NCBI GenBank assembly: GCA_965198175.1
Contig: OZ240245.1
Location: forward strand, 480,001-544,000
Origin: Candidatus Poribacteria bacterium
GTDB taxonomy: Bacteria; Poribacteria; WGA-4E; PCPOR2b
Direction of reading: 5' to 3'
Length of the DNA stretch: 64,000 bases
The notes under the pieces are model-generated. The model had not been told where the DNA came from, did not search any database, and saw only the letters and a program-made list of their open reading frames with translations. Made by a program: the position numbers and the translations under genes. Positions 1-10,152 of the stretch are shown piece after piece (the stretch's first letter is position 1; every line of letters starts with the position of its first letter).

Positions 1-269
1 TAAAATCTCCTAGCGTCGTTTGTGTCCCCGCAGCGCGGGCGGTTCTGTCCCCGTGCGAGACGTACACGCTCTCATTACCGTGTTTTCCCGGTTCTTTGCG
101 TGTCTTACGTATGATACCATAGGAAAGAAATAAGGTGGTATAAGATGAGACTCTTTTTCTTGATTATGGATTCATTATATGGCATGATAAAGCGCGGCAA
201 CAGCGGGGCATTAACACTTGTTGCAGACTAATCGCCACGTTGTTCACTTACTTCAAAAACCCACAGGAA

Positions 270-286
270 TTGGCATTAATCTTGCT
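270..286 (+). promoter_or_regulatory. sigma-54 (-24/-12) promoter upstream of the HAD hydrolase
   Basis: TTGGCATTAATCTTGCT fits TGGCAY-N5-TTGCW with exact GG-N10-GC spacing, 28 nt before ATG 314. Confidence 0.65.
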
Positions 287-313
287 CAAAACATGGGAAT
301 CGTGGAAAAGTCA

Positions 314-1018
314 ATGAATCGGGCTGTTATATTCGATCTCTACGAGACGCTTGTCACTGAAAATTACCCAGAATGGCATGCTGAAGCACCAACGCCGGGC
401 GAGCGGCTCGGTTTATCTCAAGAGGATTTTGATCGCGAGTGGTTTGCCCGCTATCGTGCGCGTATGACTGGGAAATTTCGCCGCTACAGTGACGTGTTAA
501 AGGAGATATGCTGTTCTTGCCAAATTGCGCCGCCTGAAAAAGAAATCTCTTTGATGCAGGCGGAGAAATTGACTGCGAAGGCGCTGCCGTTTGAACGAAT
601 CGATCCGCTGGTTGTTGACATGCTAGGTACGTTAAAAGGATCAGGCTATCGCATTGGACTCATCTCAAATTGCGGATATGATGAAATTGCGGCATGGGAT
701 TCTTCCGATCTTTCGGTTCAGGTCGACGTGCCAATTTTCTCATGTGTAGAGGGGTTAATTAAACCGGATCCTGCAATTTACGAACTGGCATGTGACAGGT
801 TGAGCGTCGACAACAGTGCTGCGGTTTTCGTGGGTGACGGCGGGAGCGATGAGTTGCGCGGTGCAGATGCAGCAGGATTAAAGGCAATTTGGGCGACGTG
901 GTACATTGAGAAATGGCCCTGGGACTGGGTGGAATATGTAGCCAAAACGTCGGATGCCTTTCCTCGATGCCGCAGAATTTGTGGTTTGCCCGCCCTTTTA
1001 GATGACATGTACGCTTGA
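314..1018 (+). CDS. HAD-superfamily hydrolase
   Basis: VIFDLYETL (motif I), LISN (II), KPDP (III), FVGDGGSDEL (IV); ATG 314 preferred over TTG 218. Confidence 0.85.
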   Translation: MNRAVIFDLYETLVTENYPEWHAEAPTPGERLGLSQEDFDREWFARYRARMTGKFRRYSDVLKEICCSCQIAPPEKEISLMQAEKLTAKALPFERIDPLVVDMLGTLKGSGYRIGLISNCGYDEIAAWDSSDLSVQVDVPIFSCVEGLIKPDPAIYELACDRLSVDNSAAVFVGDGGSDELRGADAAGLKAIWATWYIEKWPWDWVEYVAKTSDAFPRCRRICGLPALLDDMYA

Positions 1019-1070
1019 AGGGGCCAGGAATCGTCGGAGTGGAATGCACTTCTATCTATTCCGATGAAAT

Positions 1071-1087
1071 TTGGCGTAATTCTTGCT
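1071..1087 (+). promoter_or_regulatory. sigma-54 (-24/-12) promoter upstream of the sensor kinase
   Basis: TTGGCGTAATTCTTGCT with exact GG-N10-GC spacing, intergenic. Confidence 0.6.
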
Positions 1088-1218
1088 CAAGTTGTTTAGT
1101 GGAGTTCGCCATATCTGCTTTCACCGGATTCTTAGATAATTTCTATTGAATTTTAAACGGTTTTGAAAATAAACTAGAGAGCAAAAGCCTTGGGCTATAA
1201 CATTCGAGAGGAAGCGAT

Positions 1219-2877
1219 ATGCGCCTGAATCGACACAGCCTCTATTTCCCCGCCGTGACGCTGACCGTACTGACAATCACGCTCACCGTGATTTTGGCAA
1301 TTTCCACTTACCGGAACCTGCATCGTGAACAGACACAGATGGAGGTATCAATCGATCGCAAGGGGATTGCGCTCTTGCGCCTACTTGAGGCGGTTCTTCA
1401 GAGCCACGGTTATAGGGGTAGTGAAGGGATTGCTCAAGTCCAACAGTTGGTATCGGCTGCGGCGCCGAACGAGAATATTGCCTACATTTTTATGTTCAAT
1501 CAACAGGGGCAGATTTTGGCGCATAGCAATCCCAAAATGGTTGGGAAACTGATTGACGGCGGCATTCCAGAGGGCTCCGAAATTCTTTCGTTTCGGAAAA
1601 ATGATTCCGCAGAACATCGCCCTGAAATTCGGAGCGGTTTTCACCCCGTTCCATCTGAACCGGCTCTCACTCACTATCTCGGAATTGGTCTTGAGATGGG
1701 TACCCTTGAGCGGGCGCATCATGAAGATCGTCGGCACACGATGATGATGGCTGCCATGCTTATCCTGTTAGGTTCAGGCTCGCTGTTTTTTATTCTTGTC
1801 GTGCAGAATTTTCACCTTGTCCAGCGCACGCTCAATCAGATGAAAAGTTATATCCACTACGTCGTGGAGAGCATGGCGAACGGTCTGATTTCACTCGATT
1901 CTAAAGGTGCAGTGACCACGATGAATCGAGCGGCCCAAGAACTTGTCGGTGTCTCAGAATCCAAATCGAAATCGCTTGAGATTGATAACCTCTTTCCTGA
2001 GCACGCCGTTGAGATTCGGAAGGTGCTTGAACATAATCACACCATCCTCAACAAAGAGATTTTTTATCAGCACCCTAACGGTTCCGCCATACCTGTGAAC
2101 TTGAGCGCAACGCAGGTGAAGGATGAGGGTGGAGCAAAGCTCGGTGTCGTGGTTCTCCTGAATGACATGCGTGAAATGGTGGAGTTGCAGGAACGCGCCA
2201 AACGCGCCGAACATCTGGCGTCCATTGGGCGAATGGCGGCGACGGTTGCCCACGAGATTCGTAATCCGCTTTCTTCGATTCGAGGGTTTGCCCAATTTTT
2301 TGCCAACCTCTTTAAGGAAAAAACGGAGGAACGGACCTATGCATTGACAATGATGAAAGAGTCGAACCGTTTGAACCGTGTGGTTTCCGAACTTCTAGAT
2401 TACGCGCGACCGCTGGAATTGAAAGTTGAACCGACCTCAGTTGAGACACTATTTCTCGACATCGTCCGGCGGCTTGAACTGGAAAAGTCTGACTCATGCA
2501 TTGAGGTTATTCAAGAGATACCATCCGACATGCTGGAGGTGCAGCTTGACCACGACCGAATTCTCCAGGTGTTGCTCAATCTCACGCAAAACAGTATTGA
2601 TGCCATGCCCAATGGCGGAAAGCTTATTCTTTCTGCTGTGTGGGTTGCAGAACGCAAGTGGATCCAGATTGGCGTGCAGGATACGGGAGAAGGTATTCCG
2701 CAAGCCGATCTGCCGAGATTGTTTGAGCCGTTCTTCACAACGAAAACACGCGGCGCGGGACTCGGGCTCGCTGTCGTGCGGAAAATTGTCGATGCGCACG
2801 ACGGGGAAGTGGAAGTGAGAAGTGAAGAGGACGTTGGGACAGAAGTGATTTTGACCTTGCCGCAAGTTGAGGTATAA
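1219..2877 (+). CDS. ZraS/HydH-like membrane sensor histidine kinase with PAS domain
   Basis: Two TM segments, PAS-like region, H-box VAHEIRNPL, N-box NLTQNSIDAM, DTGEGI, FEPFFTTK, GAGLGL. Confidence 0.9.
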   Translation: MRLNRHSLYFPAVTLTVLTITLTVILAISTYRNLHREQTQMEVSIDRKGIALLRLLEAVLQSHGYRGSEGIAQVQQLVSAAAPNENIAYIFMFNQQGQILAHSNPKMVGKLIDGGIPEGSEILSFRKNDSAEHRPEIRSGFHPVPSEPALTHYLGIGLEMGTLERAHHEDRRHTMMMAAMLILLGSGSLFFILVVQNFHLVQRTLNQMKSYIHYVVESMANGLISLDSKGAVTTMNRAAQELVGVSESKSKSLEIDNLFPEHAVEIRKVLEHNHTILNKEIFYQHPNGSAIPVNLSATQVKDEGGAKLGVVVLLNDMREMVELQERAKRAEHLASIGRMAATVAHEIRNPLSSIRGFAQFFANLFKEKTEERTYALTMMKESNRLNRVVSELLDYARPLELKVEPTSVETLFLDIVRRLELEKSDSCIEVIQEIPSDMLEVQLDHDRILQVLLNLTQNSIDAMPNGGKLILSAVWVAERKWIQIGVQDTGEGIPQADLPRLFEPFFTTKTRGAGLGLAVVRKIVDAHDGEVEVRSEEDVGTEVILTLPQVEV

Positions 2878-2893
2878 AAGGGGATAATCCATC

Positions 2894-4249
2894 GTGCGGT
2901 TAAAAATTCTTATCGTTGACGACGAGCCGTCTCATCGACTGATGCTATATGCCCATCTCAAATCGGTTTACGATGTTTCTGAGGCTTCTGACGGGTTTCT
3001 GGCGGTGGAAGCCGTGAAACAGCGGTTCTACGATTTGGTGATAATGGATATCCGTATGCCAAGTATGGATGGTTTGGAGGCGCTTAGACAGATTAAGGAG
3101 ATTAGTCCGGGAATTGTCGTGTTTATCATGACCGCGTTCCAATCTGTAGAAACCGCACGTGAAGCGCTTCGACAGGGTGCGAGCGATTACATCGTCAAAC
3201 CCGTTGATGCAGAGGAACTTTTAACAAATATCGAGCGCGAGTTCTCATACCGCGACCTGCAACGGGAGAACACGCTGCTGAAAGAGCGTCTCGGTGAGCA
3301 GTTCGCCGAGTCCAACATTATTGCTCGAAGTTCTATGATGCGAGAAGTGCTGGAGAATGTCGCGCTGATTGCACCATCGGATGCGACCGTTCTCATTCTT
3401 GGCGAAAGCGGCACGGGCAAAGAGCTAATCGCCAATCTGATCCATGCGCGAAGTTCACGCGCAAAAAAGCCGTTCATCAAGATCAACTGTGCTGCACTCA
3501 CGGAGACGCTGTTGGAGAGTGAGCTATTTGGTCATGAGAAAGGATCCTTTACCGGCGCAATGGATCGGAAGCTAGGACGTTTTGAGTTGGCAAATCGGGG
3601 GTCACTTTTTCTCGACGAAGTGGGGGAGATGAGCCCAGCCACCCAAGTCAAGCTGCTACGAGTTCTTCAGGAGCGGCAATTTGAACGGGTCGGTGGTACG
3701 GAACCGATAACGGTCGATATCCGAATCATCGCGGCGACCAATAAAGTGCTCCTGGATGAGGTCGAAGCAGGTCGATTCCGCGAAGACCTGTACTATCGAC
3801 TCAACGTTGTGCCGGTTCAACTTCCGTCGTTAAAAGACCGCGGAGAAGACATCCCACCGCTAGCTGAGTATTTTCTCAAGTTCTACGCGGCGAAAAATCG
3901 CCGTGAAATGAGACAAATCCTGCCCGACGTGCTTGATGCGATGATGCGCTACGATTGGCCCGGAAATGTCCGCGAATTAGAAAACACCATCGAACGCGGT
4001 GTTGTCATCGCACGTTCAGAATACCTGACCCCGGACGAACTCCCACCGAACATCCGTAAAATCGCCGTATCGACAACCGGCGAAGGTTCCAAAGTGACGG
4101 TTGGCAGCACGATTAAAGAGATGGAGAAGGAATTCATTGCTCGGACGTTAGCTTCTGTCGCTGGAAATCGGACCCGTGCCGCGAAGATTTTAGGAATCGC
4201 CCGCAAAACACTACAGAACAAGATGCGTGAGTATGAACTTGACCGCTGA
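2894..4249 (+). CDS. sigma-54-dependent Fis-family response regulator (ZraR/NtrC-like)
   Basis: Receiver domain (IVDDE, MDIRMP), GESGTGKE, GSFTG loop, FLDEVGE, WPGNVREL, C-terminal GNRTRAAKILGI HTH. Confidence 0.95.
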   Translation: MRLKILIVDDEPSHRLMLYAHLKSVYDVSEASDGFLAVEAVKQRFYDLVIMDIRMPSMDGLEALRQIKEISPGIVVFIMTAFQSVETAREALRQGASDYIVKPVDAEELLTNIEREFSYRDLQRENTLLKERLGEQFAESNIIARSSMMREVLENVALIAPSDATVLILGESGTGKELIANLIHARSSRAKKPFIKINCAALTETLLESELFGHEKGSFTGAMDRKLGRFELANRGSLFLDEVGEMSPATQVKLLRVLQERQFERVGGTEPITVDIRIIAATNKVLLDEVEAGRFREDLYYRLNVVPVQLPSLKDRGEDIPPLAEYFLKFYAAKNRREMRQILPDVLDAMMRYDWPGNVRELENTIERGVVIARSEYLTPDELPPNIRKIAVSTTGEGSKVTVGSTIKEMEKEFIARTLASVAGNRTRAAKILGIARKTLQNKMREYELDR

Positions 4250-4297
4250 TCTGGTTCAAGGTCCTTTTTCTGAATCTCCATCTTTTCGATTCGGATC

Positions 4298-4350
4298 GCC
4301 TGTGTAAAAAGTATCCAGTCAGTCGCGCCGGCCTGTGTAAAAACTACCCA
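4298..4350 (+). promoter_or_regulatory. Tandem enhancer (UAS) sites for the sigma-54 activator
   Basis: GCCTGTGTAAAAAGTATCCA (4298-4317) and GCCTGTGTAAAAACTACCCA (4331-4350), 33 bp apart, each an imperfect TGTGTA-N5-TACCCA palindrome, 135-190 bp upstream of a sigma-54 promoter. Confidence 0.7.
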
Positions 4351-4484
4351 CGCATCGACTTGCTTTCCCAATCTTCACATCATCAAGTCCTAAATTGCGC
4401 GATATGGCGTGAGCGTGTGCTTAATCCCGTATCTGAAGAGATCCAATCGGTTGTCTAAAGCGATTTTTGCCCTATCAGAATGGG

Positions 4485-4501
4485 TTGGCATGTGACTTGC
4501 T
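4485..4501 (+). promoter_or_regulatory. sigma-54 (-24/-12) promoter of the metal efflux operon
   Basis: TTGGCATGTGACTTGCT matches TGGCAY-N5-TTGCW. Confidence 0.8.
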
Positions 4502-4595
4502 AGAAGTAGAGTCGTAGGAAAAGCATAAGGCTGAGCAAAGGAGGTCACTGAGAATTTCTTTGTTCCCAAATCCAAAACACAAAAAGGAGAAAACC

Positions 4596-5207
4596 GTGAA
4601 AAGAACAATCGTACTCGCAATCTTGATACTCGCGCTTGTCGTTGGATTCTTGTTCTCTGTTTCTTCAATTCAGGCGGATAAGCGCTCACATGATCATACC
4701 GAAATGCATCACCACGGTGAGCATGGCAGCAAGGTACGCTGTGCAATTGATGGCATGATGATGAAGGCATCCGCCATGACAGAAATGCGTCATGACGGAG
4801 AAAGGTACTATTTCTGCAGTGCCAAGCAAGCGGAGATGTTCAAAGCTCATCCGGATAAATACCTCAAACAGATTTCCATTGGACATCTCACGATTAATCT
4901 CAATGTATTGACCGTTGATGAATACAAAGCGATGATGCGGGATATGGGCATGGGCGGAATGATGAAAATGGACGCGATGAAGGGACAAACGCATCGCATG
5001 AGTGTTTACACGACGCAACATCATCAGGACGTTTCACTGGAGGGGATTTCTTTTGCATTGCAAGTTGCCGATGCTAAAGGAAACGAAACAACTGTGCCGT
5101 TGACCTATAACAAAATGATGAAAACTTATGATGCTTTTGCTGCCGTGCCAGCAGATGGGACACATCGGATTCGGATCCTAATTGCAACGCCTGAAATCAA
5201 CATCTAG
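4596..5207 (+). CDS. Secreted His/Met-rich YHS-domain metal-binding protein
   Basis: AGGAGA SD before GTG 4596; signal peptide; HDHTEMHHHGEH; CAIDGM...YYFCS...FKAHPDKY (YHS); Met-rich segment. Confidence 0.8.
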   Translation: MKRTIVLAILILALVVGFLFSVSSIQADKRSHDHTEMHHHGEHGSKVRCAIDGMMMKASAMTEMRHDGERYYFCSAKQAEMFKAHPDKYLKQISIGHLTINLNVLTVDEYKAMMRDMGMGGMMKMDAMKGQTHRMSVYTTQHHQDVSLEGISFALQVADAKGNETTVPLTYNKMMKTYDAFAAVPADGTHRIRILIATPEINI

Positions 5208-5222
5208 CAGTAGACAACTAAA

Positions 5223-5263
5223 AGCCTTTGGTTCAAACCCGATGCTGGTTTGAACCAAAGGCT
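5223..5263 (+). terminator. Perfect 17-bp stem-loop (partial terminator or mRNA stabiliser)
   Basis: AGCCTTTGGTTCAAACC-7 nt-GGTTTGAACCAAAGGCT just after the stop; no U-tract. Confidence 0.6.
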
Positions 5264-5322
5264 CAGCTTACGTACTTGAGAAGAAGCTGAGAAAATCTCT
5301 GAGTGAAATTTTAGGAGCAGTT

Positions 5323-6654
5323 ATGAAAAAGCGGATTTCATTGACATGGCTATTGTTGCTTACGTTCTGGGCGTTGCTTCCAGTCGAGTCAAGAGCTCAG
5401 ACGGAAGCGGCGACATTGTCGACAGAAGCACTTCCCGACAGTATCACAGAGGCACTGGCTGACGGTATCGATCTGCCGACCCTCGTTCGCCTAGCGGTTG
5501 AGCGCAACCCGAAACTCAAAGTCGCCCTAGCAAAATGGCAGGCAACTATTGAGAAGTATCCTCAAGTGACAGCCTTGGCGGATCCGATGCTGGTGTACAG
5601 TTACTTCATTCGGAGCGTGGAAACCCGCGTTGGACCACAAAGGCACCGCCTCGGTTTTTCGCAGGCGTTGCCATACCCCGGCACACTTGATGCCGCAGGG
5701 CGAGTGACGCTGAAGGAGATTGAGATTGAACGGGTAAAATATGAGCAGGCGGTGCGCGACCTGATTGTCAATTTGAAACTCAGTTATCACGAATTGGCTT
5801 ACCTTCAGCGGGCGAGCCAGGTTACCTATCAGAATCAGCAACTGCTTTCTCAGATATTAAACATTGCCAACACCCGTTACGCTTCTAGCGAGGCAACGCT
5901 GAACGATGTCCTAAAGGCACAAAGCCAGTCGGCGCAATTGTCATACGATCTGATTCTGTTAAGGGAATTGGAGGAGGTCGAAAAGGCTAACATCAATGCG
6001 CTCATTAGTGTGCCTTCGAACACGCCGTTGGGCCCACCCGCTCCCGTAGCGTACACCGCGCACGATATTCCAATCTCCGATTTGGAGTCGAAGACGTTAG
6101 CGGGGCGCCAGGAATTACAAATCGCCGATTTGATGATACAGAAGGTGGATGAAGCCGTCGCGCTCGCCAAGCTGAAAACGAAACCGAGCTTCAAATTCGA
6201 TTTGATGACCGTCGAAACTGGTGAGGGGCTGATGCCAGAGACTCACGACAGCGGGAAAAATCCGATCTCAATTGGAGTTGGTATCTCGATTCCGTGGTCT
6301 TCTTCAAAGAATCGCAGTCAGATACAAGAGGCAGAGTTGAACCGCGCTGCCGCCATCGAAAGCAAGCGGTCAATGGAAGACCTGACGTTAGCGAATTTGA
6401 GAAAGCTCTATTTCCGTCTCGAAAACGCCCGTCGATTGGTTGACCTTTACGAAAATAGTCTTATTCCACAAGCTGAAGGTGCGATGGAAGTTGCTGAAAC
6501 GTGGCATCAGGAAGGCACAAAGAGTATTGCGGGCTTTCTTGAAACGCAGAGCGTTTGGCTGAACTTTAACCTCGCACGGCTTCGCGCTATCACCGACTAT
6601 CAGCAGAATCTTGCACGGCTGGAACGGCTAGTCGGGGGGAGTATCTCGCCATGA
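5323..6654 (+). CDS. TolC-family outer membrane efflux protein
   Basis: Signal peptide, AVERNPKL, two OEP-like helical repeats, ending LARLERLVG; lies upstream of MFP and RND genes. Confidence 0.85.
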   Translation: MKKRISLTWLLLLTFWALLPVESRAQTEAATLSTEALPDSITEALADGIDLPTLVRLAVERNPKLKVALAKWQATIEKYPQVTALADPMLVYSYFIRSVETRVGPQRHRLGFSQALPYPGTLDAAGRVTLKEIEIERVKYEQAVRDLIVNLKLSYHELAYLQRASQVTYQNQQLLSQILNIANTRYASSEATLNDVLKAQSQSAQLSYDLILLRELEEVEKANINALISVPSNTPLGPPAPVAYTAHDIPISDLESKTLAGRQELQIADLMIQKVDEAVALAKLKTKPSFKFDLMTVETGEGLMPETHDSGKNPISIGVGISIPWSSSKNRSQIQEAELNRAAAIESKRSMEDLTLANLRKLYFRLENARRLVDLYENSLIPQAEGAMEVAETWHQEGTKSIAGFLETQSVWLNFNLARLRAITDYQQNLARLERLVGGSISP

Positions 6655-8189
6655 AACATCACATCCTTCTCCTTTCCGTGTTTCTCGTTGCGTGTGCGAG
6701 TGGGAGGAAGGCGACTTATCAAGACCTGCTGACGCAATTTCAGGATGCCCCAACGCCTGAATACTATCGTGCTGAAATCGCAAAAGACATCCCCAAGCTA
6801 GAAGTTGATGAACAGGCTGAAAAAGATGCTTTCCTGACTGAAGTAGAAGCGAAAGTGCTGAAAGTTCAGAGGGAATTTCAAGCGCAATTAGAAAGCGAGA
6901 CGCCGATTCCGGAACCGTTCTACGACTTTTCGGTGCCGCAAATGAAAGCCTATCGGGAACTCACAACGGAAGCAGAGAAAGTTGAGGCACGACTTGCAGA
7001 GACAGTCAATCTCGAGTTGCTATTGGCGTTTGGGTATGAGTGGAGCCCTATCATTAAAGTCGCCCGCAAGAAACTGAGAGCTACCCTCGAACAGTATCCC
7101 CAAGCAGTCTATCTGGACAACGTGTTACGACAGTACAACGCCTTTACAAAGCAGCTCGACACGAAAATCGGTCAACCCAGGCATAAAGAGATGATGGCGA
7201 TGAAATTTCCATTCCCGGACATGCTGGCGTTGAAGGGACAGATCGTCACCGAAGATGTTCGGATTGCTCAAAGGGGAATTGATATTGCGCTTCGAGATTT
7301 GGTGACGGATATAAAATTGGCTTATTATGACTATCTCTACCTCAATGAAGCTATAGAGATCAATGGGGAAAACCAGGAACTCCTTCGCCAGATGATTCAG
7401 ATTGCTCAGGCGAAGTTTCGTGCCGGCATCGGCAAATATCACAGCGTAATCATGGCGCAAGTGGAGTTTTCCAAACTCTCCGACTCAATTATCACATTGG
7501 AAGAGCGGCGTGAAACCGTCATCGCTCGCATCAACACGTTGTTGAATCGACCTGCCGATGCGCCGTTGGGTGAGCCACAGCCCCTTGCATATGAAGAGGT
7601 TACACAACCATTAGGGGAGCTATACACGCTCGCACTCAAGTCTCGTCAGGAAATTCAGAAGCAGAAACTGGTGATAAGCAAGATGAATCTCGTAATTCAA
7701 CTCGCGACGCGAATGGTGTACCCTGACGGAACACTCGGCGCAAGCTATTTCGAGAAACGGATGAAGTTGTCTCCAACATTTTCTGCGCAACGCACGCTGA
7801 ATCCGGGTCACTCAGCATCGTTTGGACAGAGAGGCGCATATATTCGGGAAGTCGAGATCAAGGCGGAGGTGATGCAGGAAAAGCTCGCTGAGCTTGAAAA
7901 CATGACGCGATTTACAGTGAAGAAGCACCATTTCGGTTTGGAGACTGCCAAACGCAGCATTGCATTATACCGCAACGCACTGCTGCCACAAGCGCGGAGT
8001 GCCTTGGAAGCAGCGAACACTGCTTATCAAGCAGCTCAGGTTGATTTCATTAGTTTTCTTGATGCCCAACGCACACAGTTGAAATTTCGTCTCGAAGAAC
8101 AGCGGGCGTTGCGGGACCATCGTCAGCATCTGGCACAGTTAGAACAAGCGGTCGGACAGCTATTGCCAAAACAGACTATGGAGGAGTAA
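6651..8189 (+). CDS. Second TolC-family protein (lipoprotein)
   Basis: Lipobox LVAC, OEP repeats, ending LAQLEQAVG; ATGA overlap with previous gene. Confidence 0.85.
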   Translation: MKHHILLLSVFLVACASGRKATYQDLLTQFQDAPTPEYYRAEIAKDIPKLEVDEQAEKDAFLTEVEAKVLKVQREFQAQLESETPIPEPFYDFSVPQMKAYRELTTEAEKVEARLAETVNLELLLAFGYEWSPIIKVARKKLRATLEQYPQAVYLDNVLRQYNAFTKQLDTKIGQPRHKEMMAMKFPFPDMLALKGQIVTEDVRIAQRGIDIALRDLVTDIKLAYYDYLYLNEAIEINGENQELLRQMIQIAQAKFRAGIGKYHSVIMAQVEFSKLSDSIITLEERRETVIARINTLLNRPADAPLGEPQPLAYEEVTQPLGELYTLALKSRQEIQKQKLVISKMNLVIQLATRMVYPDGTLGASYFEKRMKLSPTFSAQRTLNPGHSASFGQRGAYIREVEIKAEVMQEKLAELENMTRFTVKKHHFGLETAKRSIALYRNALLPQARSALEAANTAYQAAQVDFISFLDAQRTQLKFRLEEQRALRDHRQHLAQLEQAVGQLLPKQTMEE

Positions 8190-8192
8190 ACA

Positions 8193-10124
8193 ATGATTCA
8201 GAACATCAATCGGATTACGATAATTTTTCCGCTGTTGCTGCTGACAGTCGGTTTTGTTGCGGGGTGCGGAAGGGGAGATTCCGCGGAAGAAAAAACAGCG
8301 GAAATGGCGATGGATAGCATGGCAGAACATGCCGAACACACAGAACACGATCTCGTCCCCGTTATGTCAGAAGATGAGAAAAAGATTAGATACTGGACGT
8401 GTGTGATGCACCCATCGGTCAAGATGCCCGATAAGGGAAGTTGTCCCGTGTGTAAAATGGATTTGATTCCAGTTTACGAAGGTGTCGGACTCACACTTAC
8501 TGAAAAACAGAAAGCCTTGATTCCGGTTCGCACCGAATCCGTTGAATTCCGCAACCTTAGCCGTGAAATTCGAACTGTGGGTGTTCTGGACTACAACGAA
8601 ACGCGCATGGCATATGCTTCGACCCGTGTCTCTGGCTGGATTGAAAACCTGCACGTTGACTTCACCGGCATCAACGTCCGCGAAGGCGATGAACTCCTTT
8701 CGATTTATAGCCCAGAACTGTTAGCGGCTCAAGGGGAGTATCTCACCGCATTGAAGAGTGTTGATGAATTGAAAAATACGCAGTACGCCGAGCTGAAACG
8801 CACCGTTGAACAGACCCTTTCTGCGGCAAAATCCAAGCTGGAACTGTTTGGACTGACACCGGAACAGATTGATGACATCCGCGAGCACGGTGAAGCGCGG
8901 ACAACACTGCCGTTGTATGCGCCTAGTGGCGGAACGGTCATCCACATGAACGTTTACAAGGGACAACATGTGAATCGCGGCACGAACCTCTATCGAATCG
9001 CGGATCTGAAAAGCCTGTGGATTATCGCGGATATCTACGAATACGAACTGCCGTGGGTCTATATGGGACAAGATGTCGAGATTACGGCGCAGTCAATGCC
9101 TGGCCAAACATTTCATGGGAAAGTCAACTTTATCTATCCATATTTTAACGCGCCAACTCGAACGCAGAAAGTCCACATTGAAGTGCCAAACCCAGGCGGA
9201 CAGTTGCGTCCGGGGATGTATGTCACCCTTCGACTGAAGCCCACACTAGCGGAAATCTACGCTCGTGAGGCTCATCCCAAAGATGCGTATGTGTGTCCAA
9301 TGCATCCATGGATAACTTCTGAGATTCCCGGTGAATGCACAATCTGTGGAATGGATCTTGAATCAGCGCACCCTGAAGCGGCGGTCTCGGAGCCGATGGA
9401 AACTGTCTGGACGTGCCCGATGCATCCACAAGTGCAGCAATCCGAGTTCGGTGAATGCGACATCTGTGGCATGGACTTAATTGAAAAACAGGTGCCGGCA
9501 GATGCCCATGCCGGTCATAGCAACGTCGAGATGAAATCATTGGACGAAAGCGCGATGCAAGAGACATGGATTTGCCCCATGCATCCACAAGTTCAATCGC
9601 ATGAACCGGCAGAATGCGACATCTGCGGCATGGATCTGATGAAGAGCACGGCTCCAGTTAAATCGACCGCCAATGAAGGAGAGATTTCTGCGCGACGGGA
9701 GCCTCCGCTGATTTTCAAGTATGCCTGTCCCGACCACCCTGACCAGTATGCCACACTGCCGGACAAATGTCCTATAGATGGAAAGGCACTCGTGATGACA
9801 GGGGGAGTCTTGGCAGTATCTAAACGTGCCGTTATCGACACCGGTCTACGGAAGATTGTCTTCATCGACCGGGGCAAATCTGGCTATGAGTTACTTGAAG
9901 TCGAGTTGGGTCCAGAAGCGTGGGCAGAGGTAGAGCACAACGGTCACACAACTAAACAACGATTTTATCCGGTTGTGAAAGGGTTGAATCCCGGGGATAT
10001 GGTCGTCACTAATGGGAATTTCCTCCTCGATTCACAAACGCAATTAACCGGTTCAGCGGCGGGTGCGTATGGCGGCGCACTCGGTGGAGAAGAAGGATCT
10101 AGCACACCATCGCATCGGCATTGA
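8193..10124 (+). CDS. cusB: CusB-like RND periplasmic adaptor with five heavy-metal-binding CxMHP..CxxCGM-type domains
   Basis: Lipobox VAGC, SGWIENL, IYSPELLAAQGEY, LRPGMY, GNFLLDS; repeated CPMHP/CGMDL modules. Confidence 0.9.
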   Translation: MIQNINRITIIFPLLLLTVGFVAGCGRGDSAEEKTAEMAMDSMAEHAEHTEHDLVPVMSEDEKKIRYWTCVMHPSVKMPDKGSCPVCKMDLIPVYEGVGLTLTEKQKALIPVRTESVEFRNLSREIRTVGVLDYNETRMAYASTRVSGWIENLHVDFTGINVREGDELLSIYSPELLAAQGEYLTALKSVDELKNTQYAELKRTVEQTLSAAKSKLELFGLTPEQIDDIREHGEARTTLPLYAPSGGTVIHMNVYKGQHVNRGTNLYRIADLKSLWIIADIYEYELPWVYMGQDVEITAQSMPGQTFHGKVNFIYPYFNAPTRTQKVHIEVPNPGGQLRPGMYVTLRLKPTLAEIYAREAHPKDAYVCPMHPWITSEIPGECTICGMDLESAHPEAAVSEPMETVWTCPMHPQVQQSEFGECDICGMDLIEKQVPADAHAGHSNVEMKSLDESAMQETWICPMHPQVQSHEPAECDICGMDLMKSTAPVKSTANEGEISARREPPLIFKYACPDHPDQYATLPDKCPIDGKALVMTGGVLAVSKRAVIDTGLRKIVFIDRGKSGYELLEVELGPEAWAEVEHNGHTTKQRFYPVVKGLNPGDMVVTNGNFLLDSQTQLTGSAAGAYGGALGGEEGSSTPSHRH

Positions 10125-10152
10125 TGCCAAACCGTAATCACAGGGAAACGCT

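Noticed and set aside
1..110. Possible riboswitch in a minus-strand leader ending in an AGGAGA SD
   Set aside because: GC-rich but matches no aptamer consensus I recognise; the downstream gene is outside the window
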